Below are positions 48,928 through 58,395 of a DNA stretch of 64,000 bases, one piece after another; position 1 is the stretch's first letter, and each line of letters starts with the position of its first letter. The translations under genes were made by a program, and so were the position numbers. The stretch is taken from positions 2,240,001 to 2,304,000 of the forward strand of contig OZ220696.1 of the NCBI GenBank assembly GCA_965116495.1, written 5' to 3'. Source of the stretch: Gammaproteobacteria bacterium (GTDB lineage: Bacteria; Pseudomonadota; Gammaproteobacteria; Eutrophobiales; Eutrophobiaceae). Under the pieces are notes generated by a model that made no database searches, had not been told where the DNA came from, and was given only the letters and a program-made list of their open reading frames with translations.

Positions 48928-48948
48928 TAATCATGGCTGGCCCGGATT

Positions 48949-51900
48949 TCAGGGTGAGGCAACGGCGACCTGGTCGTTGAAGGTCGCTGTGATACCGGCG
49001 CGGGTGAAGATGTCATCGCCGGACAATGTTGCATTCTCGCCCTCGTAATAATCGGTAATGGCACCGGTCGAACGATCCTGCGCAGCCAAGGCCATTCCGG
49101 CAGAGACCACCAGCGCTTCCGTGTCATCGGCATGGCCTTGGATAACCAGGCAATCCGATCCGGCTGTGCAATGATTGCCGCCGCCGGGGGCGAAACCACT
49201 GCTGTAAGCGATGTAAAGGAGGTGGTGCCACTTGTTTTTTATGAACCAGGCAGGTAGTTCTGCGGTGGACTCGGACAAGAAATAATCTATGCCGCTGGTG
49301 CTGATGGCACCCGGCGCGCCGCCCTGCAGCACAGTCAATCCGGTCCTGGCCACCATGCTTGCATCCCGTAAGTCCTCGATGATCAGCATCGGCCTGCTGA
49401 TCCGATAGGTATCACCTGCCTCAAACTGGTTATCGTGGCCGCCGTCAAGCGCTCCGGCCGTCAGGAAATGGCGGTTTACCGCCATAACCATCCCCGCCGA
49501 ACCGTCAGTCGTGTCAGACAGCGTATCGCCGGGGACAACGCCGAGTTGAGGAAAGTCCGTGCTCGTATCTTCCAGGGTGAGGCCGGTTGTTGCAGAACCT
49601 GCCTGACCACTGACACCGGTTTCGTAATACGGCAGGGTTGCGGCAACCGGGGCGCCGGTACAATCGGCCCCATAACCCCGGCACACATCACGCCGGCGGA
49701 TGCCGCCGGCTGAGCGGACAGCCAGGTCTCCCCGGTAACGCAGGTTGAATCGGTAGCGGCGCCGGTTTACATAGGCGTAGTACACATTGTATTCATCGCC
49801 TGCCTGGAAGGAATTATCTCCCCCGCCATGCAGTGTGGTGCTGATAATTGAACCGTTGACACCGGTAACCATGCCGAAGGAACCATCGGTTGCGTTTTCC
49901 ACGGTATCACCGGCCAAAACACCCGCCGCACTGAAGTCCTGTTGCAAGTCCTGCAACCGGTTGCCACCGGAAACGCCGGCAGTACCATTCAGGAGCCGGG
50001 TGGCTGTCCGGATGCGGTAATGTTCACCCTCTGCCAGGCCGGGTGGCGTGGGCGCCAGCTGTCCCAGGTTCAATGCCGTCGCGGCAGCGACCCGGGTAAC
50101 GACCGCGGTATGCGGCTGTTCCACCAGGTCGCCCGGTTTTATCCCTGCTGAGATGAAATCCTGCGCGCCGTCCACCAGCATGGAGGCAGACGAGCCGGGA
50201 CCCGTAATCCCATCAAGGAGGGGTGTCACAGCGCTGGCGCCCGTACACTCGACCACCTGCGCATTGAGCCAGGTACAATACCCGTTTTCGCGATCGGCGT
50301 TGATGCTGCCCGCAGGTGCAGAAGATTGCAGCGATCGAATAACTGCCGCGGCATACGCGGATTGCGTATCCGGGGTAAACCCCGTAATTACGTACCGGCC
50401 AAGGTCCGGAATCCTCCACTCCACCTGGAAACCGGTGGGAAAACGCTTGCCCGGTTGATGAACGGCTAACAAGCCTTTCCTGATGTGGTCCCCGGCATTG
50501 AATCGGGGTAACCGGTAAACGTCACTTTGTCGGAATTGGTTATTCCTGCCGAAATTCAGCCCGGACACGGTCAGCAGCGTCGGGCCGGCCACAGTGTCCA
50601 CGCGGCCAACTGAACCATCGCTCAGGTTCTCCACAATGTCACCGCTGGCAATCCCCCTGGCGATGAAGTCCGTGTGTCGGTCAACTAATGTCAAACCCAG
50701 GCTGCCCGGCGCAGCAACGCCGGTATTGGTACGCAGGCGGTAATGTTCGCCGAAATCGAAATCATTTTCCAGCCCGCCGCTGAGCCTGCGTACCGTTATC
50801 GCCGCCTTGTGTACGGTGCTGACCGTGCCGCTGGAACCATCACTCAGGTTTTCAATCACGTCTCCGGGCACAACACCCAACTGCTTGAAGTTGCGGCTGG
50901 AATCGTTAAGGATGAAATCCCTGCTGCCGGCAGTGGCCGTGCCCTGCACGGCCTGTGCAAGGCCGCGCCGTTCGATAAAATAGACGTCCCCCTTATCAAA
51001 ATCGTTTTCCATCCCCGTCCCATGGCCGACCACTTCCAGCGTTTTTTTCGTTACCGATTTCACGGCGGCAACCGAGCCGTCGCTGACATTCCTGACGAGA
51101 TCGTTGGGACCGACTCCCCACTCATTGAAATCCTTGCGTTTGTCGGTGAGTATTGCCGCATTATTATTCCCCGTATGGGAACCGCGTAATATGCGGTTAT
51201 CGGCATGCGGGTCGGCAAACGGCGTTAACCAGGGGTAGGCGGAATGCTCCGCTCTGTAACGCGCAAGTACCGCACGCATTTCATTGACCACGCGTCGCTC
51301 GACCACTGACATCAGTTCCGCCCGGTCGATGATTGCCAACTGATCATTGCCGGCGGTCGTGGAAAATGCGCCATCGCCAACGTCGGCATTGTCACCTTCC
51401 AGGTAATCGGCAGCAGCATTGCCCGGGCGGTCAAATTGACTGGAAACGGGTGCGCCCGGGGCGATGACAACCGCTACTACGTCACCCACGCCATCAACAC
51501 TCAGTTGTCCCGGTGTTTCACTGTTGATAACCGCCAGGTTTGATTGGCTGTTCTTGAAATCAGGCGACAAGGCGTACCATAATCGTTCACCGCTGCTGTC
51601 CCGCGGGTCATCGAGGCCCAGTATGGTAAACGGCAATCGGCCCAATGTTGTCCCCGTACTCATTGCGCAATTCGTTTCCGGCCTGCCGTCGTTATTCCGA
51701 TCGGGACAGGGTAAAAATCCCGGCCCTTTCTCCGGGTTGACGCGCAGGTCGGGATAATTCATTGCGTAATGCAACAAGGCCTTTTTTGCCCGGCTCAACG
51801 CGATTTCAGTGTCTGCGCGACGACTATAAACCCTGGTGTGCCCGTTCAGGTCTGACAGCAACAGCCATGTAGAACTGAGGATCAGCACCAGTATGAAAGC

Positions 51901-51963
51901 CAGCAATGCAGCGCCGGTCGATGATCGGACGCCCGGACCCCGGTTGGAACCAGCATACTTCAC
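48949..51963 (-). CDS. Large PilX/GspK-like minor pilin with six ~70-aa internal repeats (candidate tip adhesin)
   Basis: STG/AALL pilin-like N-terminus, PGFLPCPD, GRLPF, DSSGERLWY; six LxDxxxDFxxxGVxxGDxVENxxDGS repeats. Confidence 0.75.
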   Translation of the reverse strand: MKYAGSNRGPGVRSSTGAALLAFILVLILSSTWLLLSDLNGHTRVYSRRADTEIALSRAKKALLHYAMNYPDLRVNPEKGPGFLPCPDRNNDGRPETNCAMSTGTTLGRLPFTILGLDDPRDSSGERLWYALSPDFKNSQSNLAVINSETPGQLSVDGVGDVVAVVIAPGAPVSSQFDRPGNAAADYLEGDNADVGDGAFSTTAGNDQLAIIDRAELMSVVERRVVNEMRAVLARYRAEHSAYPWLTPFADPHADNRILRGSHTGNNNAAILTDKRKDFNEWGVGPNDLVRNVSDGSVAAVKSVTKKTLEVVGHGTGMENDFDKGDVYFIERRGLAQAVQGTATAGSRDFILNDSSRNFKQLGVVPGDVIENLSDGSSGTVSTVHKAAITVRRLSGGLENDFDFGEHYRLRTNTGVAAPGSLGLTLVDRHTDFIARGIASGDIVENLSDGSVGRVDTVAGPTLLTVSGLNFGRNNQFRQSDVYRLPRFNAGDHIRKGLLAVHQPGKRFPTGFQVEWRIPDLGRYVITGFTPDTQSAYAAAVIRSLQSSAPAGSINADRENGYCTWLNAQVVECTGASAVTPLLDGITGPGSSASMLVDGAQDFISAGIKPGDLVEQPHTAVVTRVAAATALNLGQLAPTPPGLAEGEHYRIRTATRLLNGTAGVSGGNRLQDLQQDFSAAGVLAGDTVENATDGSFGMVTGVNGSIISTTLHGGGDNSFQAGDEYNVYYAYVNRRRYRFNLRYRGDLAVRSAGGIRRRDVCRGYGADCTGAPVAATLPYYETGVSGQAGSATTGLTLEDTSTDFPQLGVVPGDTLSDTTDGSAGMVMAVNRHFLTAGALDGGHDNQFEAGDTYRISRPMLIIEDLRDASMVARTGLTVLQGGAPGAISTSGIDYFLSESTAELPAWFIKNKWHHLLYIAYSSGFAPGGGNHCTAGSDCLVIQGHADDTEALVVSAGMALAAQDRSTGAITDYYEGENATLSGDDIFTRAGITATFNDQVAVASP

Positions 51964-52478
51964 GGGGCATCATCCTTCAGGTCCGTGACTGCACCTGAAT
52001 GCAGGTGATAAGACTGCCCGGGTTTTAATTTCACTGATTTACCGGTGAACGGCACACGGATAGTGACCCCGTTGTCGAGTATCCGGCCTGAGCCCGGTTC
52101 CCGGAAATCCAGAGCAGCAGTCCCCTCGTTTGCATCGACCCAGGCCTTGCGCGCCCTGTCCTTTTTGTATATCAGGCCCTTAAGGGTAATAACGGGTGAA
52201 TTTTTCTTCCCTTGTTCCGTCCCGGGGAAAAATCCGGCCCGTGTTTGCCCGGGCCTCCCTCTGTCGATCAATCCGTGAACACCTGTACCGGTATTATTCC
52301 GCGCCCCCGCGGTGCGCATGTTTTCCTCCCTGACCTCCTGCAGCCGTTGGCGCTCCTCCCCGGTGGTAAACAATCGTCCGAATTGTTGCTCATCGGCTGA
52401 ATAGCAATAACCGGATACAGAGATCACCACGATAAGTACCCACCTCCCGGTTACGCCGGACAGCCGGGCCAGGTTCAT
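51960..52478 (-). CDS. Exported pilus assembly protein (PilP/GspC-like position)
   Basis: Signal peptide, FGRLFTTGEERQRL, C-terminal VKLKPGQ; translationally coupled on both sides. Confidence 0.6.
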   Translation of the reverse strand: MNLARLSGVTGRWVLIVVISVSGYCYSADEQQFGRLFTTGEERQRLQEVREENMRTAGARNNTGTGVHGLIDRGRPGQTRAGFFPGTEQGKKNSPVITLKGLIYKKDRARKAWVDANEGTAALDFREPGSGRILDNGVTIRVPFTGKSVKLKPGQSYHLHSGAVTDLKDDAP

Positions 52479-53095
52479 ACCTTTATCTCCGGGTCATCCT
52501 TCGGCCTGATGGAAAACCATTCCAGCAGACAGGTTGCAGTCAGGTTGCCCGCTCCGGGGTTATCCGTCAGTTCCACAAAATTGCGCGTCAATTCACAACC
52601 CGAAACGGTATAGAGACCCCTGGCATGCTCATTCAGCAGGTCCAGCAATGCAAATAAATCCCCTTCATGCAGCAATTGCATTTTCAGAATCATTTCACTG
52701 GCAAAAATTTCATACCTGCCCGGTGGCGCCGGAAGTTGCGGGTGGCGGGGTTTCTGCGCTCTTATCTCATAAGTCAGGGATGGTAGTCCGAGTCCGTCCC
52801 CCGCATCCTGCAGGACTTCAATCCAGTTCAGCCTTTGTTCCTCGCCCAGCAGACCGGTTTTATGCAGGTCCATGAAGCGGGGGAGATACTCCTTTATTAC
52901 ATCCACTTCCTCATCCACTGCCAGGTAACGGCGACTGAGTGCGCGCAACTGATCACTGTTGTCCAGGTAATCCTGTTCCATCCGATTCTCAAAGTAAGCG
53001 CTTCCCGACAGCAACGCGGCAGTGAGTGTACTGGCGCTGATAAACAGCGTTACCGCGCCACGCAAATATTGCCAATCGATATTGTCAGGTTTCAC
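52475..53095 (-). CDS. PilO/GspM-like alignment protein
   Basis: N-terminal TM, coiled coil, EEQRLNWIE, LLHEGDL; operon position. Confidence 0.65.
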   Translation of the reverse strand: MKPDNIDWQYLRGAVTLFISASTLTAALLSGSAYFENRMEQDYLDNSDQLRALSRRYLAVDEEVDVIKEYLPRFMDLHKTGLLGEEQRLNWIEVLQDAGDGLGLPSLTYEIRAQKPRHPQLPAPPGRYEIFASEMILKMQLLHEGDLFALLDLLNEHARGLYTVSGCELTRNFVELTDNPGAGNLTATCLLEWFSIRPKDDPEIKV

Positions 53096-53185
53096 GCCTG
53101 TTCTCTAAATCGGGCAAGGGGACGGACCCCCGCTTACAACATGCGGGGGCATGCTTGAAATCCATCCCCGCTGTCGTCGACATGG

Positions 53186-54790
53186 CTAGGTTTCACGCCT
53201 GAACTCCAATACAACCCTGATGGTAAATTCTGCCCGGCGTTGAAGAGATTGCGTGTTGCCCTGCAAATCCGTATCGGAACTGACGTCAAGGGGCAGGGAA
53301 ACGATACTGACATCATGCACCGCCGCGCGGGTGCGCAGATCCTCGGCAAACCGGTTTATTGCATCCATGGCTTCCCTGAAATTACCGTTAAAAGGTTCGA
53401 TACGCCCTTCCAGCAGGGCCACCTGGTATACCGCCCCGGCAGAGCCGGCGCCGGAAATATCCAATGCGACCCGTATGTCTGCGCCAGCCGGGGAATCGTT
53501 CGCGGCTGCCCCCGGATTATCGGCAGCAGCCCATGCCAGGCTGCTTAATTGTATGGAAGGAAACCGGTCCAGACCGGCGCTCAGCACGGACACCATGTCG
53601 ATTGGAGACGATTTGTATAGCGCCAGACTATCCGCAATCCGGACTGCCGTTTTCAAATCTGACGGTTCAACCGGTATGTCCGGGAGGCGTTTTCTGGCCA
53701 ATTCATACTTCGCGGCATATATTTGCGTCTGCTCTTTTGCCGCATCGTTTTGCCGTTTGAAGGCCAGGCCTCCCAGCAAGTTCTGCCCGCTCCAACCGGC
53801 GCTGCCCAGCAACAGCACTGTCCCGGCGATCCTTACCGAGTCGCGCAGCCGCCACAGGCTGAAATAGCGCCTTTCCGCCGCCGCTGCATAACAATTTCGC
53901 GGCCTGATCTTCAACAACTGCTGCATGAAATACCGGTCACTGAACGGGCTTGGCGCCGGCTTGCCCGGAGCGGATTCAGCGGGCAGTTCGCCCAGGTCGC
54001 AGAAATGGTACCTGATGGACTCCTGTTGTCCGTATGCGGACTTCAGTTCCCGTAACAAGGCGCCTGCCAGGAGAAAATGGACATGTAACGGTTCCGCGGA
54101 AGTAAGCAGCCGCCGGCTGTTCAGGTAACGCTGGATTTTTTCCACTTCGTCACGGATAAACGCAGTGTATGACGCAGGGTCCGCGCGGGGCGGCTGTACC
54201 AGGCGACTGAGTTGAAATTCCCCATTGTCAAAGTAAGTCTGACGCAATCCGCTGATGCTTTGCATGCTGACCAGCAATCGGCGCCCGTCACTCCGGCCGG
54301 TAATGGGTTTCAGCAGCTTCTCCGTGAACAGGGGCAGTGAACAGATTCCTGCCAGGGGCGCCTTGGCTTCATCCATAAGGGCGACCCACTGCTTGATGAC
54401 GGCAGGATTGGCAAGCGCGGTCAGTAGTACCCGGTCATACCTGCGACCCCCGATTTCCCGGCCCGTCACCTTGTAAAAACAATAAGCGGTGTCCTTGAAG
54501 AGACGCCCGGCCTTGCGCCTGAGCAATGCCCGCCGGTCGCGCCCGGACACATGCGGAACGGTGTCCTGACGATACTCTTCATCAAACACGTCCACCAGCA
54601 CGTAGAACGGAATATCCGCTGTTTCAGTGAGATAGCGCCGAAAGTTTTGCCGCCCCGCCTCTCCCGCGTCATACACCGAAGCATGGCCGGGTCCATTACT
54701 CTCCCAGTGGTATACGCCCACCTGTTGCGCACCGATAAACAGCGCCCTGCGGGCCCTGAAATTAAATCCTGAGACCGGTAATGAGATCAT
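53186..54790 (-). CDS. PilM-PilN/GspL-like fusion protein
   Basis: Cytoplasmic actin-like region, single TM (IAGTVLLLGSAGW), coiled coil and periplasmic domain; operon position. Confidence 0.65.
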   Translation of the reverse strand: MISLPVSGFNFRARRALFIGAQQVGVYHWESNGPGHASVYDAGEAGRQNFRRYLTETADIPFYVLVDVFDEEYRQDTVPHVSGRDRRALLRRKAGRLFKDTAYCFYKVTGREIGGRRYDRVLLTALANPAVIKQWVALMDEAKAPLAGICSLPLFTEKLLKPITGRSDGRRLLVSMQSISGLRQTYFDNGEFQLSRLVQPPRADPASYTAFIRDEVEKIQRYLNSRRLLTSAEPLHVHFLLAGALLRELKSAYGQQESIRYHFCDLGELPAESAPGKPAPSPFSDRYFMQQLLKIRPRNCYAAAAERRYFSLWRLRDSVRIAGTVLLLGSAGWSGQNLLGGLAFKRQNDAAKEQTQIYAAKYELARKRLPDIPVEPSDLKTAVRIADSLALYKSSPIDMVSVLSAGLDRFPSIQLSSLAWAAADNPGAAANDSPAGADIRVALDISGAGSAGAVYQVALLEGRIEPFNGNFREAMDAINRFAEDLRTRAAVHDVSIVSLPLDVSSDTDLQGNTQSLQRRAEFTIRVVLEFRRET

Positions 54791-55967
54791 AAATTGGTCC
54801 CAGGACGGAAAACACGACCCAGCCGATAATGGCACCCAACACCAGCGTCATCAGCGGCTCTATCATCGATTGCAGTTTGCCTATGGCCTCCCGCACATCG
54901 CGAGTGTAGAAATAAGCAACGTTCTCCAGGGATGGCGCCAGGGCGCCGCTGGTTTCGCCGACACGGATCATGCGCAGGATCAGGGGCGGGAACAACCCGC
55001 TTGCCGTAAAGCTGTCAGCCAGGCTTTCGCCGTCCGCCACAGCCCTGCCGACTTTGTTCATCGCCTTCCCGATGGCAAGATTGCCGGCGCTGCGCTCGCC
55101 GGCACTGATGCAGTCAATAACCGTTATACCTGATGAATACATCATGGCAAAGAGGCTGGACAGCCGCGCCAGGATGTGTTTCTCCAGCACCGGACCGAAT
55201 ACAGGCACAGCTAACTTGACCCGGTCCAGCGCGAGCCTGAAGCCGGGACTGGTTCTGCCTCCGACAACCACGAGAATGAGAAGCAAAACCGGTACAAACA
55301 GGATGGCGTACCAGTATCGGGTAATTACCCCGGATAGCACGATCAAAAGCACGGTATGGGCAGGTAATTCCGACCCTGTTGTGCTGACGAACGCGAGCAG
55401 TTCGGGCACCAGGTAGATCATCAGAAAAAACACCACGCCGCCGATGACAGTGCCGGCAAAAACCGGATACATGATCAGCTTGCCGGCCAGGGCTGCCTGT
55501 TCGTCCTGCCATTTCAGGTTCGCCCCCAGCCTGTCCAGTATGTCACCCAGCTTGCCGGTTTGCTCGCCCGCCCGGACCAGGTTGACGAATACCTCGCTGA
55601 ATACGTCGGGAAACTCGCGCATGGCTTCCGATAAGGTCTTGCCGCCCTCGATAGATTCAAGCATTGCTGCACAAACCTCCCGCAACCGGGGGTTGTCCGC
55701 GCTGTCGCGCAGGTCCTGCAGGCTTTCCAGTACAGGCACACCGGCCCCCAGGGTCTGTTCCAGGTGAAAACAGAATAAAATCAGGTCACGCTTTTTCACC
55801 CGGCGCAGGGGCAAGCGTATACCCGGCGACCGCGCTGTCTTGTAGCTGATCAGTTCCAGCCCCATTTTCCTCAGTCGTATTTCCAGGTCCGCCCCGTTGG
55901 AAGCCCTTGTTTTGCCCCTGTTCACACGGCCGCGGGTATCGATTCCCTTGTATTTGTAAAAACCCAT
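54762..55967 (-). CDS. Type II secretion/type IV pilus platform protein (GspF/PilC/MshG family)
   Basis: AGVPVLESL, GKTLSEAM, AGEQTGKL, YP, VGETSGAL, IEP. Confidence 0.95.
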   Translation of the reverse strand: MGFYKYKGIDTRGRVNRGKTRASNGADLEIRLRKMGLELISYKTARSPGIRLPLRRVKKRDLILFCFHLEQTLGAGVPVLESLQDLRDSADNPRLREVCAAMLESIEGGKTLSEAMREFPDVFSEVFVNLVRAGEQTGKLGDILDRLGANLKWQDEQAALAGKLIMYPVFAGTVIGGVVFFLMIYLVPELLAFVSTTGSELPAHTVLLIVLSGVITRYWYAILFVPVLLLILVVVGGRTSPGFRLALDRVKLAVPVFGPVLEKHILARLSSLFAMMYSSGITVIDCISAGERSAGNLAIGKAMNKVGRAVADGESLADSFTASGLFPPLILRMIRVGETSGALAPSLENVAYFYTRDVREAIGKLQSMIEPLMTLVLGAIIGWVVFSVLGPIYDLITGLRI

Positions 55968-55969
55968 GG

Positions 55970-57667
55970 CTATGCGTACTTGTCGCCGAGGTCCACCACG
56001 CGCGCGACCTCTTCGGGGCTGGTCGCGCCTTCGATCACCTTGCCCATCCCGGCATCAGCCAGGGACCTGAAACCTTTTTCCAGGGCCATGCAGTAGAGTT
56101 CCCGGGGTGTACCGCGACGGGCAACCAGTTCGTCCATGTCCGGCTCAAACAGCAGGATTTCCACCAGCGCCATGCGGCCCTGGTAACCCTGGTCTGCGCA
56201 GGCCGGACAACCTGTGGGCCGGTAAACAATGGATTGTTTATCGGCCGCCCGCGAGTCAGTGAGAGGACCTTTCATTTCTGCCGGTTTCTTACAATCGCCA
56301 CACAACTTGCGCACCAGTCTCTGCGCCACAACGCCGATGATATTTCCGGCCAGAATTTCAGGTCTGATGCCAATATCCAGCATGCGCGGGATAGCACCGA
56401 CCGCAGAATTTGAATGCAGGGTGGAAAACACCAGGTGACCGGTCATGGCGGCGCGCAAGGCCATGGCGGCAGTATCCTCATCGCGTATTTCCCCAACCAG
56501 GATGATATCCGGGTCCTGGCGCAGTATCGAACGGATGCCGTCAGCAAAACCGAGTTTGGTTGTTGCATTGGCCGGGGTCTGCCTGATCATGGAGGTGGGA
56601 TATTCAACGGGGTCTTCCAGGGTCATGATATTGACGGATTCGGTGTTCAGGTAATGCAAAATCGAATACAGGGTGGTGGTCTTGCCGCTGCCGGTAGGAC
56701 CGGTTACCAGGATGAGCCCTTCCGGACGCGTGACCATGCGTTTCAGCATCGCAAGGTCCGCGTCCGGCAGACCCAGTTTATCCAGAGCAACGACACCTTT
56801 TTGCCGGTCCAGGACTCGCAGGACTATATTTTCACCATGCAGGGTGGGCAGGGTGGACACGCGAAAATCCACCTGCCGGCCCGATAGGGACAGCGAAATA
56901 CGGCCGTCTTGCGGCGCGCGGGTTTCGGCAATGTCCAGCCCCGCCATTACCTTCACGCGCACGGCAAGTGCCGACCAGTAGTCTTTATGCAGGCTGCGTA
57001 CCTGCCGGAGAACGCCGTCTATGCGGTAGCGAAAGCGAAGAAACCCCAGTTCCGGCTCAAAATGGATATCGGAAGCGCCGCACTTGACCGCATCGGATAG
57101 CAGTGCATTGACGAGCCTGACAACCGGCTGGCTGTATTCATTGCTCTGCGCGGCAAGGCTCCGGTAATCGAGTTCGCCCGTTTCTATTTCGTTCAGGATG
57201 CCGTCAACGGACAACTCATATCCGTAGAACCGGTCGAGGGATGTTTCAATTTCCGCCTCAGCGGCGAGTACCGGGACGACGTCCGCCGCGCCGCCGAGGT
57301 GGGCATTAATCCGGTCCAGGGCAACAATGTTAAATGTATCCACCAGCGCCACTTTCAGCAATTTGCGCACCGGTTCATAACTGACAGGCACGGCATGCAG
57401 ACTCCTCGCCATTTCTTCCGGAACCATGGCCAGCGCTTCACTGTCGGCTACACTGGATTGCAAATCAACCCGTTGCTGTCCGAACGCGCCACTGATGACA
57501 TCATGGATGATCGTTTCGCTTGCGAACCCCAGGCGCACCAGTATTTTCCCCAGCAACTCGCTGTTCTTCTTCTGTTCCACCAACGCAATTTCAAGCTGGT
57601 CGGGTGTAATGATGCCTTTGCTGACGAGCATCTCGCCCAGGCGCAGGTGTGGATTGGATATGGACAT
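55970..57667 (-). CDS. GspE/PilB/MshE assembly ATPase with N-terminal MshEN c-di-GMP-binding motif
   Basis: RLGEMLVSKGIITPDQLEIALVEQ; GASDIHFEP, GPTGSGKTTTLY, LRQDPDIILVGEIRD, TGHLVFSTLH, tetracysteine motif. Confidence 0.96.
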   Translation of the reverse strand: MSISNPHLRLGEMLVSKGIITPDQLEIALVEQKKNSELLGKILVRLGFASETIIHDVISGAFGQQRVDLQSSVADSEALAMVPEEMARSLHAVPVSYEPVRKLLKVALVDTFNIVALDRINAHLGGAADVVPVLAAEAEIETSLDRFYGYELSVDGILNEIETGELDYRSLAAQSNEYSQPVVRLVNALLSDAVKCGASDIHFEPELGFLRFRYRIDGVLRQVRSLHKDYWSALAVRVKVMAGLDIAETRAPQDGRISLSLSGRQVDFRVSTLPTLHGENIVLRVLDRQKGVVALDKLGLPDADLAMLKRMVTRPEGLILVTGPTGSGKTTTLYSILHYLNTESVNIMTLEDPVEYPTSMIRQTPANATTKLGFADGIRSILRQDPDIILVGEIRDEDTAAMALRAAMTGHLVFSTLHSNSAVGAIPRMLDIGIRPEILAGNIIGVVAQRLVRKLCGDCKKPAEMKGPLTDSRAADKQSIVYRPTGCPACADQGYQGRMALVEILLFEPDMDELVARRGTPRELYCMALEKGFRSLADAGMGKVIEGATSPEEVARVVDLGDKYA

Positions 57668-57671
57668 TTTG

Positions 57672-58358
57672 CTAGGGCCGTCGCAGGGAATGGATGCGCC
57701 TGATAACCGGCCTTATATCCAGGTCGGAAGCGCCTGACTCCACCAGTTTCAGGGTGCTACGATAATAATTCAGCGCCTCCTCCCCGTGCCCCATCCTGTC
57801 CAGGCTGATAGCCAGGTTAAGGGTATAAACCGGGTTGGCGGGGTCAATCCGGTGGGCTGCAGAAAAGGCTTGTCGCGCCTCGGGCCAGCGTGTCTGCGCA
57901 GCCAGGAGTTGACCCAGGCTGGCGTACAGAAACGGGTTATCCGTTTGCCTTGTCAACAGTTGCCTGATTACCGGCTCTTCCTGCCGGTTCTGCTGCAGGC
58001 CAACCAGTGCAGCCCTGGACAAGGCATCCTGCGGAAAGGCGCGGATTATCCGCTGATACATGCTTGTGGCAGACCTGGTATCACCTTCCCTGACCGCACA
58101 TGCCGCCAGCCCCAGCATGGCGTCGCGATTGTCCGGATAGACCTGTAACACGTCCGTATACCCGGACTTTGCCGCCATCAGGTCGCCGGCCTGGTAAGCC
58201 CGGTAAGCCGTATTCACCCGGTCATCCATGTCTTCGGCTGCTCCCGTGCGTATGACGCTGATCGGCGCGGCATCCGCTTCGGCCTTGACGGGTCGGAGCA
58301 CTGAGGAAATTGCACAGGCGCCGAAAACAATCAACACAGGGACAATCAAATCTCCCAT
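57672..58358 (-). CDS. TPR protein (MshN-like)
   Basis: TPR helices (AYRAYQAGD..., WPEARQAF...PVYTLNLAISLD); between secretin and ATPase. Confidence 0.75.
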   Translation of the reverse strand: MGDLIVPVLIVFGACAISSVLRPVKAEADAAPISVIRTGAAEDMDDRVNTAYRAYQAGDLMAAKSGYTDVLQVYPDNRDAMLGLAACAVREGDTRSATSMYQRIIRAFPQDALSRAALVGLQQNRQEEPVIRQLLTRQTDNPFLYASLGQLLAAQTRWPEARQAFSAAHRIDPANPVYTLNLAISLDRMGHGEEALNYYRSTLKLVESGASDLDIRPVIRRIHSLRRP

Positions 58359-58395
58359 CCTTAACACCGGTGCACTGCCGGGTATTCCTGGCGAG

